Origin: Tubiluchus corallicola
Lineage: Eukaryota > Animalia > Priapulida
Reading direction: 5' to 3'
Assembly (NCBI GenBank): GCA_030141605.1
Contig: JAQGDQ010001035.1
Span: forward strand, 1-64,000
Length of the DNA: 64,000 nt
Positions 1 through 12,269 of this stretch are shown here, piece after piece; the stretch's first letter is position 1; every line of letters begins with the position of its first letter. A program made the position numbers and the translations under genes. A model generated the notes under the pieces. That model saw only the letters and a program-made list of their open reading frames with translations. It was not told the origin of the DNA and ran no database searches.

Positions 1-149
1 GAAAAAATTACAAGATTCTGCTGATGTTTTACTAGTAATTTACTCAAGCTAAGTCCATTCCATATATTTCATAGTTTTATTTCAAAGAATTGATAATTGT
101 GACTCTTTCATCTACAGCATATATTGACTTTATTTTTGTGATCGTTTAG

Positions 150-3100
150 TTCACATGAGCACAAAGAGATGTCGCTTCGATATTTTGTTGTTCCGTCACT
201 TGCAAGTCGTATGTTCGCTCAGTGGCAGCGTCGCCGCATGCTTTGGTGGAGAAAGGTAAGAGCGGAAATCACTGTGATGTTCACTTGTTTATATACTCTG
301 AAACGTGTAAATTTTCAATTTTAAGTGTTTGAATTGAGTAGTGACAACTTTTTTATCTTGTACAGTCAAACCTCGTTATAATGCCAGGTCTGGGATACCA
401 CTAAATATGGTGCAATAGCGGTAATCTTAGTTGGCGTTATATATAGGAGCAAATTTAAAGTGTAATGGCACAGCAGATATGTTGGCGGTATTTGCTATAT
501 TTAATATTATAGAAATCAGCCATGCACACATGTCTGAAATATCACGCTGTAAGCTAGCATCTGCTGCTAGGTAGAGAAAGTACTTTCTCTAACACAGTAA
601 TAATGCCACGTGCGTACCATGTACCGTCACATTCTTGGATGTGATAAAATGCAAACTTAACGCGCGTGCTTAAAACATAAATTATTTAATAATGGACGCT
701 TTGCATCCCCCAAAAAATAAGTTCTGTGACTGTAAGTGAACTACAACAGCTTAATTTTTCACAGTTGTCTCTCCATGAGAAAGTTCCAGTTAAGAAACAA
801 GACCGTTCAACACCTATTCTTCAAATATAACTACAACGTTAAAATTATGTATGTTAGTTATCTTTTACATGGTATTAAAACAATATCTAAAAATTTTCTG
901 AAGCATCACCCCCACTAATTTTAGCTATGAGCCACCACTTTTGTCAAAAAATTATCTAAGTTTTCTATATCTGTTTCACACTGTGGTAGATTTGGTGTTC
1001 ACTGTTCCAAAGTGAACGCGATTCTTTTTTTTCATTAAAAATAAAATGATTTTTCATTGCTACACTATTATTACATTATTCTCATTTTCTTCAGTTAGCT
1101 TGCAATCCACCAAGCTTTAAATTATCAGATGTGAAAACCAGAGACGGCAAAAGCTATGTGAATATCAGCTTCCCGTTTCCCTGGGGACCGGAGACAGTCG
1201 AATTCGTGACAAACAGAGGTGACAAGGACGTGAAACATTTTGAACAAACTTCTGGACAAAATTGTCAGGTAGGTGAAGTTCTGTTCCTAATTAAAAATCG
1301 AATTACACATAGAATTTTAAATATTTTTGTATTTAGATATTGAAGTGTGATAAACCTTGAAAAAATAAGCCTAAGATTCTGGCTAGTTAGTTAATGGAAC
1401 TGTTTGTTACAGCCAATCGCCGTTAGTTTTGCAATTATGCAATCAGGAAGCAGTATACAGGCAAATAGCTGGGTAGGCATTTCAATCATTTATTGATTTG
1501 TATTCATATTGTTGTTGGCTTCCTTCTGTCTCGGAAGACAATGGAATGTGCGCCAAGAGAGTCCGATCCTTGAACGTCTCCAGGGCGCACGCCTGGGCAA
1601 GGTGTATGGAGATCCTGAGTTGCCCAGACAACAGGAACCCTCTCTCTTCCTCCCTGGTGTAGTCCAAAGGAAAGCGGAGCGATACGTTTGGCACCAGGTT
1701 GCCTGCAGGAGCTGCCGGAGTCAGTGAGTATGCTGCACGGGTCCGCCTTTGGGGCTCCACTCCTGATTTGGAATGTTTACTCCTCTACACATGGCCGTTG
1801 GGTCACTTGACCTCCTCTGCCCTCTAGCCGTTGGCTGCTTGTACAGCTCCTCCGCCTAGTGTCGAGATACAGTGTGGGCATCCCGCAAGCCTACAGCACC
1901 TGGTATTCCTAGGCGGTTACCCGTCCAAGTACTAACCAGGCTCTGTATTCATATGAGGACCCTATATAATTGGAACAGTTTGCAATGCTCCCGCATATGT
2001 GAGAAGTTAAACAAAAGGGGGATTAAGAATTCTGTTTGAGCACGCAGAGGAGGAACCTAGCAAGGCCCGCTTTTTGAAGAAAAGCAACACGTATTTAATG
2101 CTCATTTGCAAGTAAAACCAAATAAGTCCATTAATTTAAAACTACACTCATATCTCACTTTTACGGATATTGGAAGAATCGGAAAAAATTTGGACTGTTA
2201 AAAAATCTCTGTTGTTTCGCAAGCTGGCCGCTAGTTGGCGGGCAGTCACTTTGTTTACATCATTGCATCAACGTAACCAAGCAGCGTGTAACGGCACGTC
2301 TGTAGCTTGCATGTCAGCATGTGACAAGTGACAAATATAGAGACAATTATACAGAGTTATTAGAGAGAATTGCCAACAGTTTTTGTATACTTTTACATAG
2401 GAGTGGTTCATTCCAGACGTTTTTTATACAATTAGGCGATTGATTTCACATTACCATGGGTGTCATACATGGAGCCTACTGTATTAGCTTAGTAATGGAG
2501 AATATGCATATTCAGACCGACTTCTTCCCGCTTTTGTCCAGCAAACCGAGTTATGAGTGTATTTTAAACATTTTTCTTCTACAAAATAATAAAACGCGTG
2601 TGAAGGGACGGGTACTCATTCTTAATTTTAACATACAATCCATTAAATCAGCGTTCTTTGCGAGTGAAAACGGTTTTTCCCATTTTTCTGGAAACTAGCT
2701 AAAGTGAACTCACTATGTGTCCCAGAAGATGGGAGATACGCGATGCTAGCATAAAATTTATTGTTAAACTTTCACTGTTTAAACACAGTTGACTATGAAA
2801 TTAGGCCAATTAGGTGTCTTTGTGTTTCGTTTCTTTTGAACAAGTTGTGCAAGAAATGGTATTTGTCTCTTTAGGAATTTTTGCTTGATGTCCACCACGC
2901 TGATTATTGATTTTTTGTCTTAGGTCAAAGATGGAAGAAAACTGGTTACGCCTCATCTGATTTTGACTAAAACCACACTAGAGGCAGCAATGCTTGCGTT
3001 CCTTCTTGATGCTTATCATGAAAAACAGCGATCAGACTTGAAGGGCAACTCTAGCATAAGAGAAGTAAGTAAAATTGAGTTAGCGCTCAATTTCAATGCA

Positions 3101-5594
3101 TTTTCTTTACACTGCAAAAAAATGCAGCTGAATATTTTGGGTCCTAGAAAATATCCGGTATTTCGTTCTGTTCTTCTTGCTTAAAAAACCTAGAGGAACT
3201 GCTTATCTATTCTTTGCCAGGGAATAAATTTGGCTAGTATCAAGGTATTGCTAGATCGAATCCCCTACTTAATTAGAGCTGTTTGACAAATAAAAATTGT
3301 GGTTTATTTGAAGATGTTAGGATAAGAGCTCATTGTTTTTGTTCTTAATAACATTTGGTCCTCATAACATTAATTTTAAATACGTAATGGTTAAATTATT
3401 ATTTAAAGATAGTCACGTGTGTCTCTTCTTTCCCATTATTGAACATTATTTTATTATAAACTAACACATTCATATAACAATTCAATTTTCATTGGTCTTA
3501 AATGCAAATTTTTAATTACCTGGTACATGCGCATTAACTGATTAATTATATTAGTAACAATCCTGAGAGGGTGGCTGACCTCGATAACTTATAGTTCTTT
3601 CGCCACCCTTTCACCACTAATCAATAATTACTTTTGCACTTTGTAATATTATTGTATGTTGTATAGATTAATAAATCTCTTAGTTGTGTATTTTGCTATT
3701 TTAAAAATGGTGATAAACTAATAAACTTACTTTCTTACTTACTTACTTACTTACTTACTTGCTTACTTACTTACCATCGTTGTTAGCTGTATAACTTGTG
3801 ACAGCCATATGTTCTTCTTCGTTAGAATTTACGTCATCGTCATCAGATCCGTTGTCATCTTCGTCAGATTTTGCATTCTCATCATCGTCATCGTCACCAG
3901 TGGTCATCCACCTGACGAATCTGTCGCCTATTGAAGCCATTTCAAAATCAATCTTCATTCAAGTCTAAATGCAGTAAATGAACTTTAATTCAATTTTAGT
4001 CTTAATGCAGGTTCTACAGTTGCACCCACGACTTGCCCCGTACAAAACTGCAGTGGCTGTGTCTGGTAGCGCCGGTCGAGAATTGCGGGAACTCTCCGAG
4101 TATTTGGGAAAGGAACTACGAGAAGCTGATATATCTGTGTGGCAGAGTGGGGAAAGTTCCAGCACTTCGTTAGAGAATCAATTTATCAAGTACGTCTTTC
4201 TTATGCCTGATTTTTTAAACTCTGATCTCCTGTTTGTAATAATTATCATAGAACCTTTAATTTTACCCTCTGTGTTACTTTTGTTGTTGTTGGTATCCTT
4301 CTGTCTCAGAAGACAATGGAGTTTGCACCAAGAGAGTCAGTTATTGATCACATTGATGGAGCTGCAGCGTCGACTGTGGCTGAGCAGTCCGATCCTTGAA
4401 CGTCTCCAGCGCGCATGCCTGGGCAAGGTGTATGGAGATCCTGAATTGCCCAGACAACAGGAACCTCCTCTCTTCCTCCATGGTGTAGTCCAAAGGAATG
4501 TAGAGCGATACGTTTGGCACCATGTTGGCTGCAGGAGCTGCCGGAGTCAATGATGAGCATGCTGCACTGGTCTTGCCTTCGGGGCTCCACTCCTGATTTG
4601 GAAGGTTTACTCCTCTACACACGGCCGTTGGGTCACTTGACCTCCTCCGTCCTCTAGCTGTTGGCTGCTTGTGCAGCTCCTCCACCTAGTGTCGAGATAC
4701 AGTGTGGGCATCCCGCAAGCCTACAGCACCAGGTATTCCTAGGCGGTCACCCATCCAAGTACTAACTAGGCTCTACGTTGCTTAACTTCGGTGATGAGAC
4801 GAGAACCAGTGTTTTGAACGTGATTTGGAGTCAGTGAACAGTCCGCCTTCGGGGCTCCACTCCTGATTTGGAAGGTTTAGACTGACAGTGGCGAGATAAC
4901 GAGGCTAGACTGTACAAGTTAATACATGTTTTTTAGATATGACGAAATGGGAATTCCATATTGCCTCATCATCAATGACAACTCGTTAACAACAGGAATC
5001 TGTTATCTTCGAAGTCGAGATACAACTCTTAAGGTAAATATGCTAAACTTTGATTAATATTTTCAGCTATCGGCGAAGTTTTCTTATCTCTGGAAACATC
5101 CTGAAATCGGGTAACGAAATAAACCCATGTGATGCTTAAAAATGTGCAGCTTGTAATAGTTTAAATTGTTTGTGTTGAATTTCGTCACTTTTTGTGTGCA
5201 GCTGCTTGAAGTAGAGATTGCTTATATGGAATGCAATTGCATTTAGTATTTGTTGTACCCGACTGTTCTTTCAATAACTCTGAATAACGTTCAATTCGAA
5301 GAGGAATAAATCTGCTAAGCCAGTAAAAAGAGCATATGTTTTACTATAAGAACGCTCTACTATGAATCTTGGAGACTAATTGTGTTTTATTAATGACCAA
5401 AGTTCCAAGTCTGTAACACAAACTACCATTAATTTAAATCAGCATTTTGTTTGTTTTGTTACGAAACACTGTGTGTATTCTAACCCAACATTACAGTACT
5501 GTTATTGCGTATTTATTTTTATGTGTTTGTTTAGGAAAAGCTTCATATGACCGATATCAGGGACACACTACTCCAGAGAATTTTAGCTTATTGA
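150..5594 (+). CDS. POLG2: DNA polymerase gamma accessory subunit, 3' six exons (5' part outside window): 150-255, 1095-1268, 2924-3064, 4011-4189, 4937-5033, 5535-5594
   Basis: GT-AG exons with consistent phases translate to ...QWQRRRMLWWRK / LACNPPSF...FPWGPETVE... / VKDGRKLVTPHLI...MLAFLLDAY / VLQLHPRLAPYK... / YDEMGIPY...LRSRDTTLKE / KLHMTDIRD..stop. This matches vertebrate POLG2 motifs (RLQWWRKF, FPWGKE, RDGRK, LHPCLAP, YDEM, LRSRDTT). Confidence 0.93.
361..630. mobile_element. Partial Tc1/mariner-type MITE-like repeat (mirror at ~28230-28498; further copy at ~31033-31290)
   Basis: Starts TA|CAGTCAAACCTCGTTATAA, a pogo/Tigger-style end; the same internal sequence recurs near 31033-31290. 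Confidence 0.5.
1510..1943 (-). mobile_element. 5S-rRNA-derived SINE, 5'-truncated, internal-deletion subfamily
   Basis: Partial 5S head (C box region), shared body and CAA tail. 11-bp target-site duplication TGTATTCATAT at 1499-1509 and 1944-1954. Confidence 0.9.
4281..4828 (-). mobile_element. 5S-rRNA-derived SINE, near full length
   Basis: 5S-like head, ~430-bp body and (CAA)n tail; an extra ~50-bp body fragment is joined at 4829-4879. Confidence 0.9.
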
Positions 5595-6754
5595 GTACAT
5601 CCATTCCAGGGGTACAGACTGAAATTTTGCTTTATCAAGCTTTTTTTACATCGTCAGTTTATGCTTCTAAAGTAACTTTATCATCAGAAGATTAAAAAAA
5701 TGATTTTTACCATAGTCAAATGTTTTCCACTTTTATAACCATTAGGCTAATTTGCATATGTGATCAAATAATAAATTTTCACATATTTTTGCAACATATT
5801 TGAACAACGTTTTATCATATTGTAATCATTGTCTTGAGCCAATGTTTTGAATTTCTGCATTTTTTTATTTATTTATTAAATATATCCACAATGATCATTA
5901 CAGCATTGTACATAAAAGTATTTAATAACATAGTTATTATTATGTGCGCAAGATGCCAAGCCGCAAATGACCCGTGGGGTACTCAAGAAGTAATTACTTG
6001 TTTAAAGCACCCCAAATGAATGTGGACTGAGTGTAATGAAAAAGAGCACTAAAGGAATAGAAGAAAGGTTAATAGAAAATAGAAAGAAGATGTGATGGTA
6101 TCTGTATGAAGTAACGTGAACTATAGAAATGTAAAAATTGACATAGCCAGCAACGCAATGGATTACGACAGGGACAGCAGCGTAATTAATCAAATTTTTG
6201 TTTTTCTGACCCACACCATCAAGTAATAATCATGCTATTCTGTTCCATACACGTAGCTAAATTATTGGTATTTATGTAACGTGTTTCTTAGAAACCCTCT
6301 ATTACCGAACGTACACTGAAACTCTTAACATTAATGGCGGTGGTGACACCTGTTAACAAAATTCAGAACTATGGTCACGATGTTTTAGCATACAAATGTG
6401 TTGATACATCAAAATTAATATATTTGAGTTTTTAGTCTGTGATAAGGATCAGTGGTATTTGATTATGTATGCAACATAGCAAAGCGGCATTCCGTTCATA
6501 TGATAGTGTCAATTCAAATTTTTCCACTGTGTGCTTACACGGCTTTGTAAATTCCAGAAAAACAGGTATTAACATAGCTTTGGTTAACAATTTAGCCTGG
6601 GAATCAGCACAGAATGGTAATAAAATCACACAAGATTAAATTTTTCATCAAAAGATGGTCTGTTAATTAGACTAGATTAGCTTAACTTATTAGATTAGCT
6701 AAGTAGATTAGTATGCCGGTGCTTAACTGTTATTGATAATTGATAGTTTTTTAA

Positions 6755-7213
6755 CCCTTTCAGTCCCAAATTATTTTTTTAATAAGAAAATTTTTTTTGA
6801 TTTGGTACTTTTGTTCAGTATATCCATCTTCTTTACACATAATAATTATATTTTTCTACCTGTGCCCACGTGCTAAATATAGCCTGTATCCCACAGGATA
6901 CAATGGGATTCAATGGAAGCAAAAAATGTGCTTCATTTTGCAACTGTTGATAATTTTTTAAAGTATTTAAGACATTTAGTATGCATGCTATACTGATCTG
7001 TACAAAGTCGTCTCTAAAGTACTGTACCTTGAGCAGTTTTTTATGCTATGTAGATTTTCTAGTTTACCATTTTATCACCATTTTAGTCTCTTGTTATTAG
7101 CTTAAATCAAAATAACTATTAACAGATCAAATAACTGTCAGTTTTAAAATTTTATTAATTTTAAAGGCAGAAAATATTCTCGTATCCCACGGGATACAAC
7201 AGGTATGAAAGGG
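6755..7213. mobile_element. piggyBac-type MITE (mirror at 21644-22102)
   Basis: TTAA|CCCTTTCA ... TGAAAGGG|TTAA ends; internal repeated GTATCCCACRGGATACAA motif. Confidence 0.7.
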
Positions 7214-7639
7214 TTAAAGTGAAAAAAAACTATTTCACTGCCCTATGTGAATTGATGTCATTATACTGCAAAAGTTTGACTGGACACTAACATATTCCTT
7301 TACATTGTAAGCAAAGCTTTAAATAAGCTGGGTATACATATTTGTGTGGTGCCGTTTCTCATCGTGTAATTATTGAAAATGTTAAAATAAGTGGGAGTTT
7401 GATTGGTTGACCTGGTATAGCTTTGACCAGGTCAGCTGGCTATTGTTCTGCTAGCCTTGAAGCCATTGTAATATATGGGAAGATTATATAACAGTGATGA
7501 TAATGTTGGATGGGCTGTATTAGCTATTTTATATGCTCATTGGGACTAGAAAGAGTCACATATTTCTCGTAATTGATGTAATGGTGTTATGTGAAATGCA
7601 TGATCGATGTGATGTCATTAGAATTTATCCTGTTGCTCA

Positions 7640-7935
7640 CATTTTGTTGTTTGTTGCATGAAACTTGTTGTTTGTTGTTTACCGTGTGAAGCTTGTTGTT
7701 TGTTGTTTACCGTGTGAAGCTTGTGGTTTGTTGTTTACCTTGTGAAGTTTGTTGTTTGTGTTTTGTTGTTTACCGTGTGAAGCTTGTGGTTTGTTGTTTA
7801 CCTTGTGAAGTTTGTTGTTTGTGTTTTGTTGTTTGCCGTGTGGAGCTTGTTGTTTGTTGTTCGTTGAGCGAAATGTGTTGTTTGTTGTTTACTGCTTGAA
7901 GTTTTTTGTTTGTTTTTTGAAACTTATTTGTTGTC
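7640..7935. repeat. TTG-rich minisatellite (mirror ~20920-21215)
   Basis: Repeats of TTGTTGTTTACCGTGTGAAGC and variants. Confidence 0.85.
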
Positions 7936-9987
7936 GTTTGACACAATTAATGACACCGTCCATGGAAGCGATTTGTCATAAACTTTGGTGTTTGCAAAAA
8001 GTGAGGAAAGGGAAGCTTGTGACTTGTTATAGGCAGTTTCACACTTTTAAGTGCTTTGACTAGTCGTGCACGCATTCACACTACATGCTGGCTATGTGAA
8101 TTCATTTTACGGTGTGCCATGAAAATGATCACATATGCTTGCAATATTTGAAAACGTTTGGTCAGTTACGTTAGGTGGTGTTGCTGCTGCTGCTGCTGAC
8201 CAAATCATCCAAGCATATTCATGCTCTTGTATTTTGATCTGACCCCCTGTATTTCAGTTAACATTGCAGCTTAAGATGATTCCGGTACACATGATTCACC
8301 TGAGACAACCTTCTGCCATGTTGCTACATTAATTTGTCAAGCGAACTTGTTCTGGTTTTTTGCTGTGACAACATTTAAGCTGAACTCAGAATTGTGAAAG
8401 CCGGAACAGATGCTGCAGCTTCCGCCTACTGTTACAGTAAAACATCCAGAAACGTACAAAGAAATCGTAGTAGTCGGATGTGTTTAAGCACAAATCTACC
8501 AAGCCACCAAGATCAGTAATGCGTTAACAATCCACCTAGTGTAGACAGCAAGACAAATGCGAACATTGCTTTTTTTAACCAGAACATCTGTTTGCTCTTA
8601 TCAGACATCTAAAATAAATAAAAATAGCAAAATTTAAAATAAGTTTTTAAATCCAGTTTATTATTAAATTTAGCCAGTAGGCAACGTATTAATAAGCTGC
8701 ATATAGAATGGCTTAAGGCCCAAAGTGTACAGCGCCCTCTACATCTTTTGAAGTTATACTATCAAAGAAATGTGTTTACTTTTTTACCAATGGAATGCTG
8801 AAGTTTTATAATGTTACAAAATTGAATTATAATGTATGTGATAATGGAGATAAATTTAGCTGACATTCTGTCTTTTAAATTGATAGGCTGCTTTTTGAAT
8901 TGCCCGAGGAACATGTTGTTTGTAGCTCATATTTTTAATCCTGTCTTATCCAGGGGCTAAATTTAGTCTAATGTCAAAAGAACAATTGAATTTTTATCAG
9001 TGGAATGTTAAAATAAAGGTACATACATGTGCATCTGTCTAATGCTCATGTCAAGATAATGATTGCTTTAAATTGTAAATGTGGCAGAAATATTTGCTTC
9101 TGGCTGACTTTGAAGATAATTTACCCTGCACACTGCAGAATTGCATGTGTATGGTTGTGGCATGATTGTTTTTGTTAGTGGCTTGTGGGGGGGGGGGGGG
9201 TTGTCAGTAGATAACGGTAAATGTGTTGCTGTGATGGTCATTATTGTTGTTCCTTTTTAATGCAGTGCGGTCCCGAATCTAGTAGTCACCCATCCGTTTA
9301 CCAAGGAGATCCAGTATTCTTTAACTTCAGTTGCAATCTGCTGCCACTAGATTGTACGTCATGCCCGTGCTAAGTACAGCTACTGATGTTGCTGATCATG
9401 AAGACGACGATGATAATGATGGTGATGATGATGATGAGATGATGGTAATGATGCAATTGTTGAGATTATTTTTCCTGCTGCTGTTGTTGTTGTTGCTTTT
9501 GCTTTGACTGCTGCTTGTTGCTGCTGCTGCTGATGATTATGATGACGATGATGTTGTTGGTATTGCCTTTGCTGCTGCAGCTAATTGCTGATATACTATC
9601 TAGAACATCATTTTCACGACTGAATGGCACTATGCATATGTACATTTACACAGTGATACTCAACGAATCTAACACTTCAACACTTCCAATTGCTTGGTAA
9701 TTTTTTCACTATTTTTTGCTCCGTACAAGCCACCTGTAATGATAACAGTAAAAAGACAAGACATTTCATTTCATGAATGCAGAGCTTCCTAAAACTCAAT
9801 AAAGTTTAAACTTAGTCTGAAATACCACATAGGAAATTTATCAGGAGTTTATAAATGGTCTTGAATTTCTCGCTGTTTTGCAAATCTTAGTCATATCTGA
9901 AATTTTATTAATAGTTGATACGACACGAACACTTTGATCATTCGGAAGAACAGAAAAAGTACAGTAGTATCGGTAGATGATTGCCCT

Positions 9988-10477
9988 TTGGCATCCTTCT
10001 GTCTCGGAAGACAATGGAATGTGCGCCAAGAGAGTCCGATCCTTGAACGTCTCCAGGGCACACGCCTGGGCAAGGTGTATGGAGATCCTGAGTTGCTCAG
10101 ACAACAGGAACCCCCTCTCTTCCACCCTGGTGTAGTCCAAAGGAAAGCAGAGCGATACGTTTGGCACCAGGTTGGCTGCAGGAGCTGCCGGAGTTGGTGA
10201 GCATGCGGCACTGGTCCGTCTTCGGGGCTCCACTCCTGATTTGGAAGGTTTACTCCTCTACACATGGCCGTTGGGTCACATGACCTCCTCCACCCTCTAG
10301 CCGTTGGCTGCTTTTGCAGCTCCTCTGCCTAGTGTCGAGATACAGTGTGGGCATCCCGCAAACCTACAGCACCTGGTATTCCAAGGTGGTCACCCATCCA
10401 AGTACTAACCAGGCTCTACGTTGCTTAACTTCGGTGATCAGACGAGAACTGGTGTTTTCAACGTGATTTGGTGGTAG
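9988..10477 (-). mobile_element. 5S-rRNA-derived SINE, internal-deletion subfamily
   Basis: Nearly full 5S head plus body, lacking the same 51-bp segment as the copy at 1510-1943. Confidence 0.9.
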
Positions 10478-12269
10478 ATGATAGACGTTGGTAAAGTATA
10501 ACAGGTGCAGACTGCAGACCTGCCGACTCTTACACGTGCAAAAGTATCAAAGTTGAAAGTAAACGTTGATCGTTTGAAAGTGTCTCCCCTTGTGACGTAA
10601 AGGATCGCTGTTTGAGGCCTTTCTATTTGAGATAAGGGAGTAAATGAAAGCTGTGTTAAATAATGATTTTGATTAAATTGGTGATTAAATTATTAAATTA
10701 ATAATTCAAGATTAAATGCTTGACGATGCAAGATTAAACTATCATCGTGGGTAGAAGCCTAGTTAGGTGTGACATCACGTGACCAGCTCATGTTCGACCG
10801 GCTGACTCAGAAGTAAAGATTGATGATGTAATCCTTATGCGCAGAAGCTCACGGCGCATTAGGTAGTTAGACAAAAGTGGTTTAAGGCCCGCACTTCGGG
10901 GGAGATTAGGAACTGACTTGAAGACGGAGGGCTGGCATTACTATCCTCTTATATTTGCATTGTTGTGTTTGTTGTTTAATAAATGTGTTGCTTGTTATAG
11001 TTTGCCATGCCCATCGTGGCTACCTCACACGCCGCACAATAAACAACAATAATCAGCAAGCAGCACTAACCACAAGAATAAATAGACTTTAACCAATTAT
11101 TTTACTAAGGGCCCCTTTTTGAAGCCCCAGCTATGTAAATGTATCACAAGTAAAAAATATTCGAGACGAGTGAGGGTGGCTTCGTCTGATGGTTCCCAAA
11201 AGGCCATAACCCGGCCCTTTTTTGCTTTAATTTTTTGCTACCCAAAAGGGCAAATACTTCTGAGGCAAAATTTACATCCCCGGACCCCCGATAAGGACGA
11301 GATGATCCTCAAGGGTTTCTGCGTTTCACCCTCATCACTCCCACTTCATACGCTACATTAAATGATTGCAGGGCTGCAGGTGGTCACTCTTTGAATTGTC
11401 TGAAATATGCTCCTGAACAATCAGTGTTTCACGACTTGCAACACATGGTATGAGTTGGAAGGATTTGGGGATAATTCCCAGGCTTAAATATAAACTTGAT
11501 GAGTCTGATAACTGGACCTTAAGTTCAGGTGTGTTTGACCGTACTATAGCAATCTAAATATGTCTAGGCAGTTTATTTCAATTACTCCACTGATTCAAAA
11601 TCCAAAGTTCAAAATTCAACCTACAATGAAGTCATACAGTTTGTCTATAAGTTATTGCTGTTTCGTAAGACATGGCGCGCTGTTTAGACTGTAGCATCTC
11701 GAGCTGAGTGTTTTCTACGCCAGGGTGAACAAACTGAACACGGCATTAGCAGCTTGTGCAAACATTTTTTACGCACCGGGAGAGTTTTTTTCAACAGGCA
11801 AGCTGCACCTGGTTCAGCGTGTTTGCGACACGTGCTTTTGTGACGTCATTGACAACATTCTAGACAATTATCTCTGGTGCGCGGGCGAAGTACAAGGGGT
11901 GAAAATAACATTGATAATAACGAAAATATAACGAAATGTTTTTGTATTGATCGCATATAGAAACTTTTTTCCTTTTGTCAGTTCATTGACAAATTTAAGA
12001 TGAATGCTCTAGGCGCCCGGGTTTAGTCAATTAACGTTTTAGTCTTGTGATTTTTTTGTATTTAAAAGAGAAGAGACGTTTTTTTCTTAACTCTTTAGCA
12101 GTATTGATGTACGCGAGATATCAGTTGATTGATGATTGTTCTTTTCTTGTTAAGCGTTTGTCAGCAACAACAACAACGGTAACATCAGCAGTAGAAACAG
12201 AAACGTAACCATGAACCCTAATGCTTGATGCTCCCTTAGTCTTGCTGTTATCATAGACCGTTAACAACG

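Noticed and set aside
10591-11029. Possible solo LTR (TGTGA...TCACA with AATAAA)
   Set aside because: No matching target-site duplication and no second independent copy in the window.
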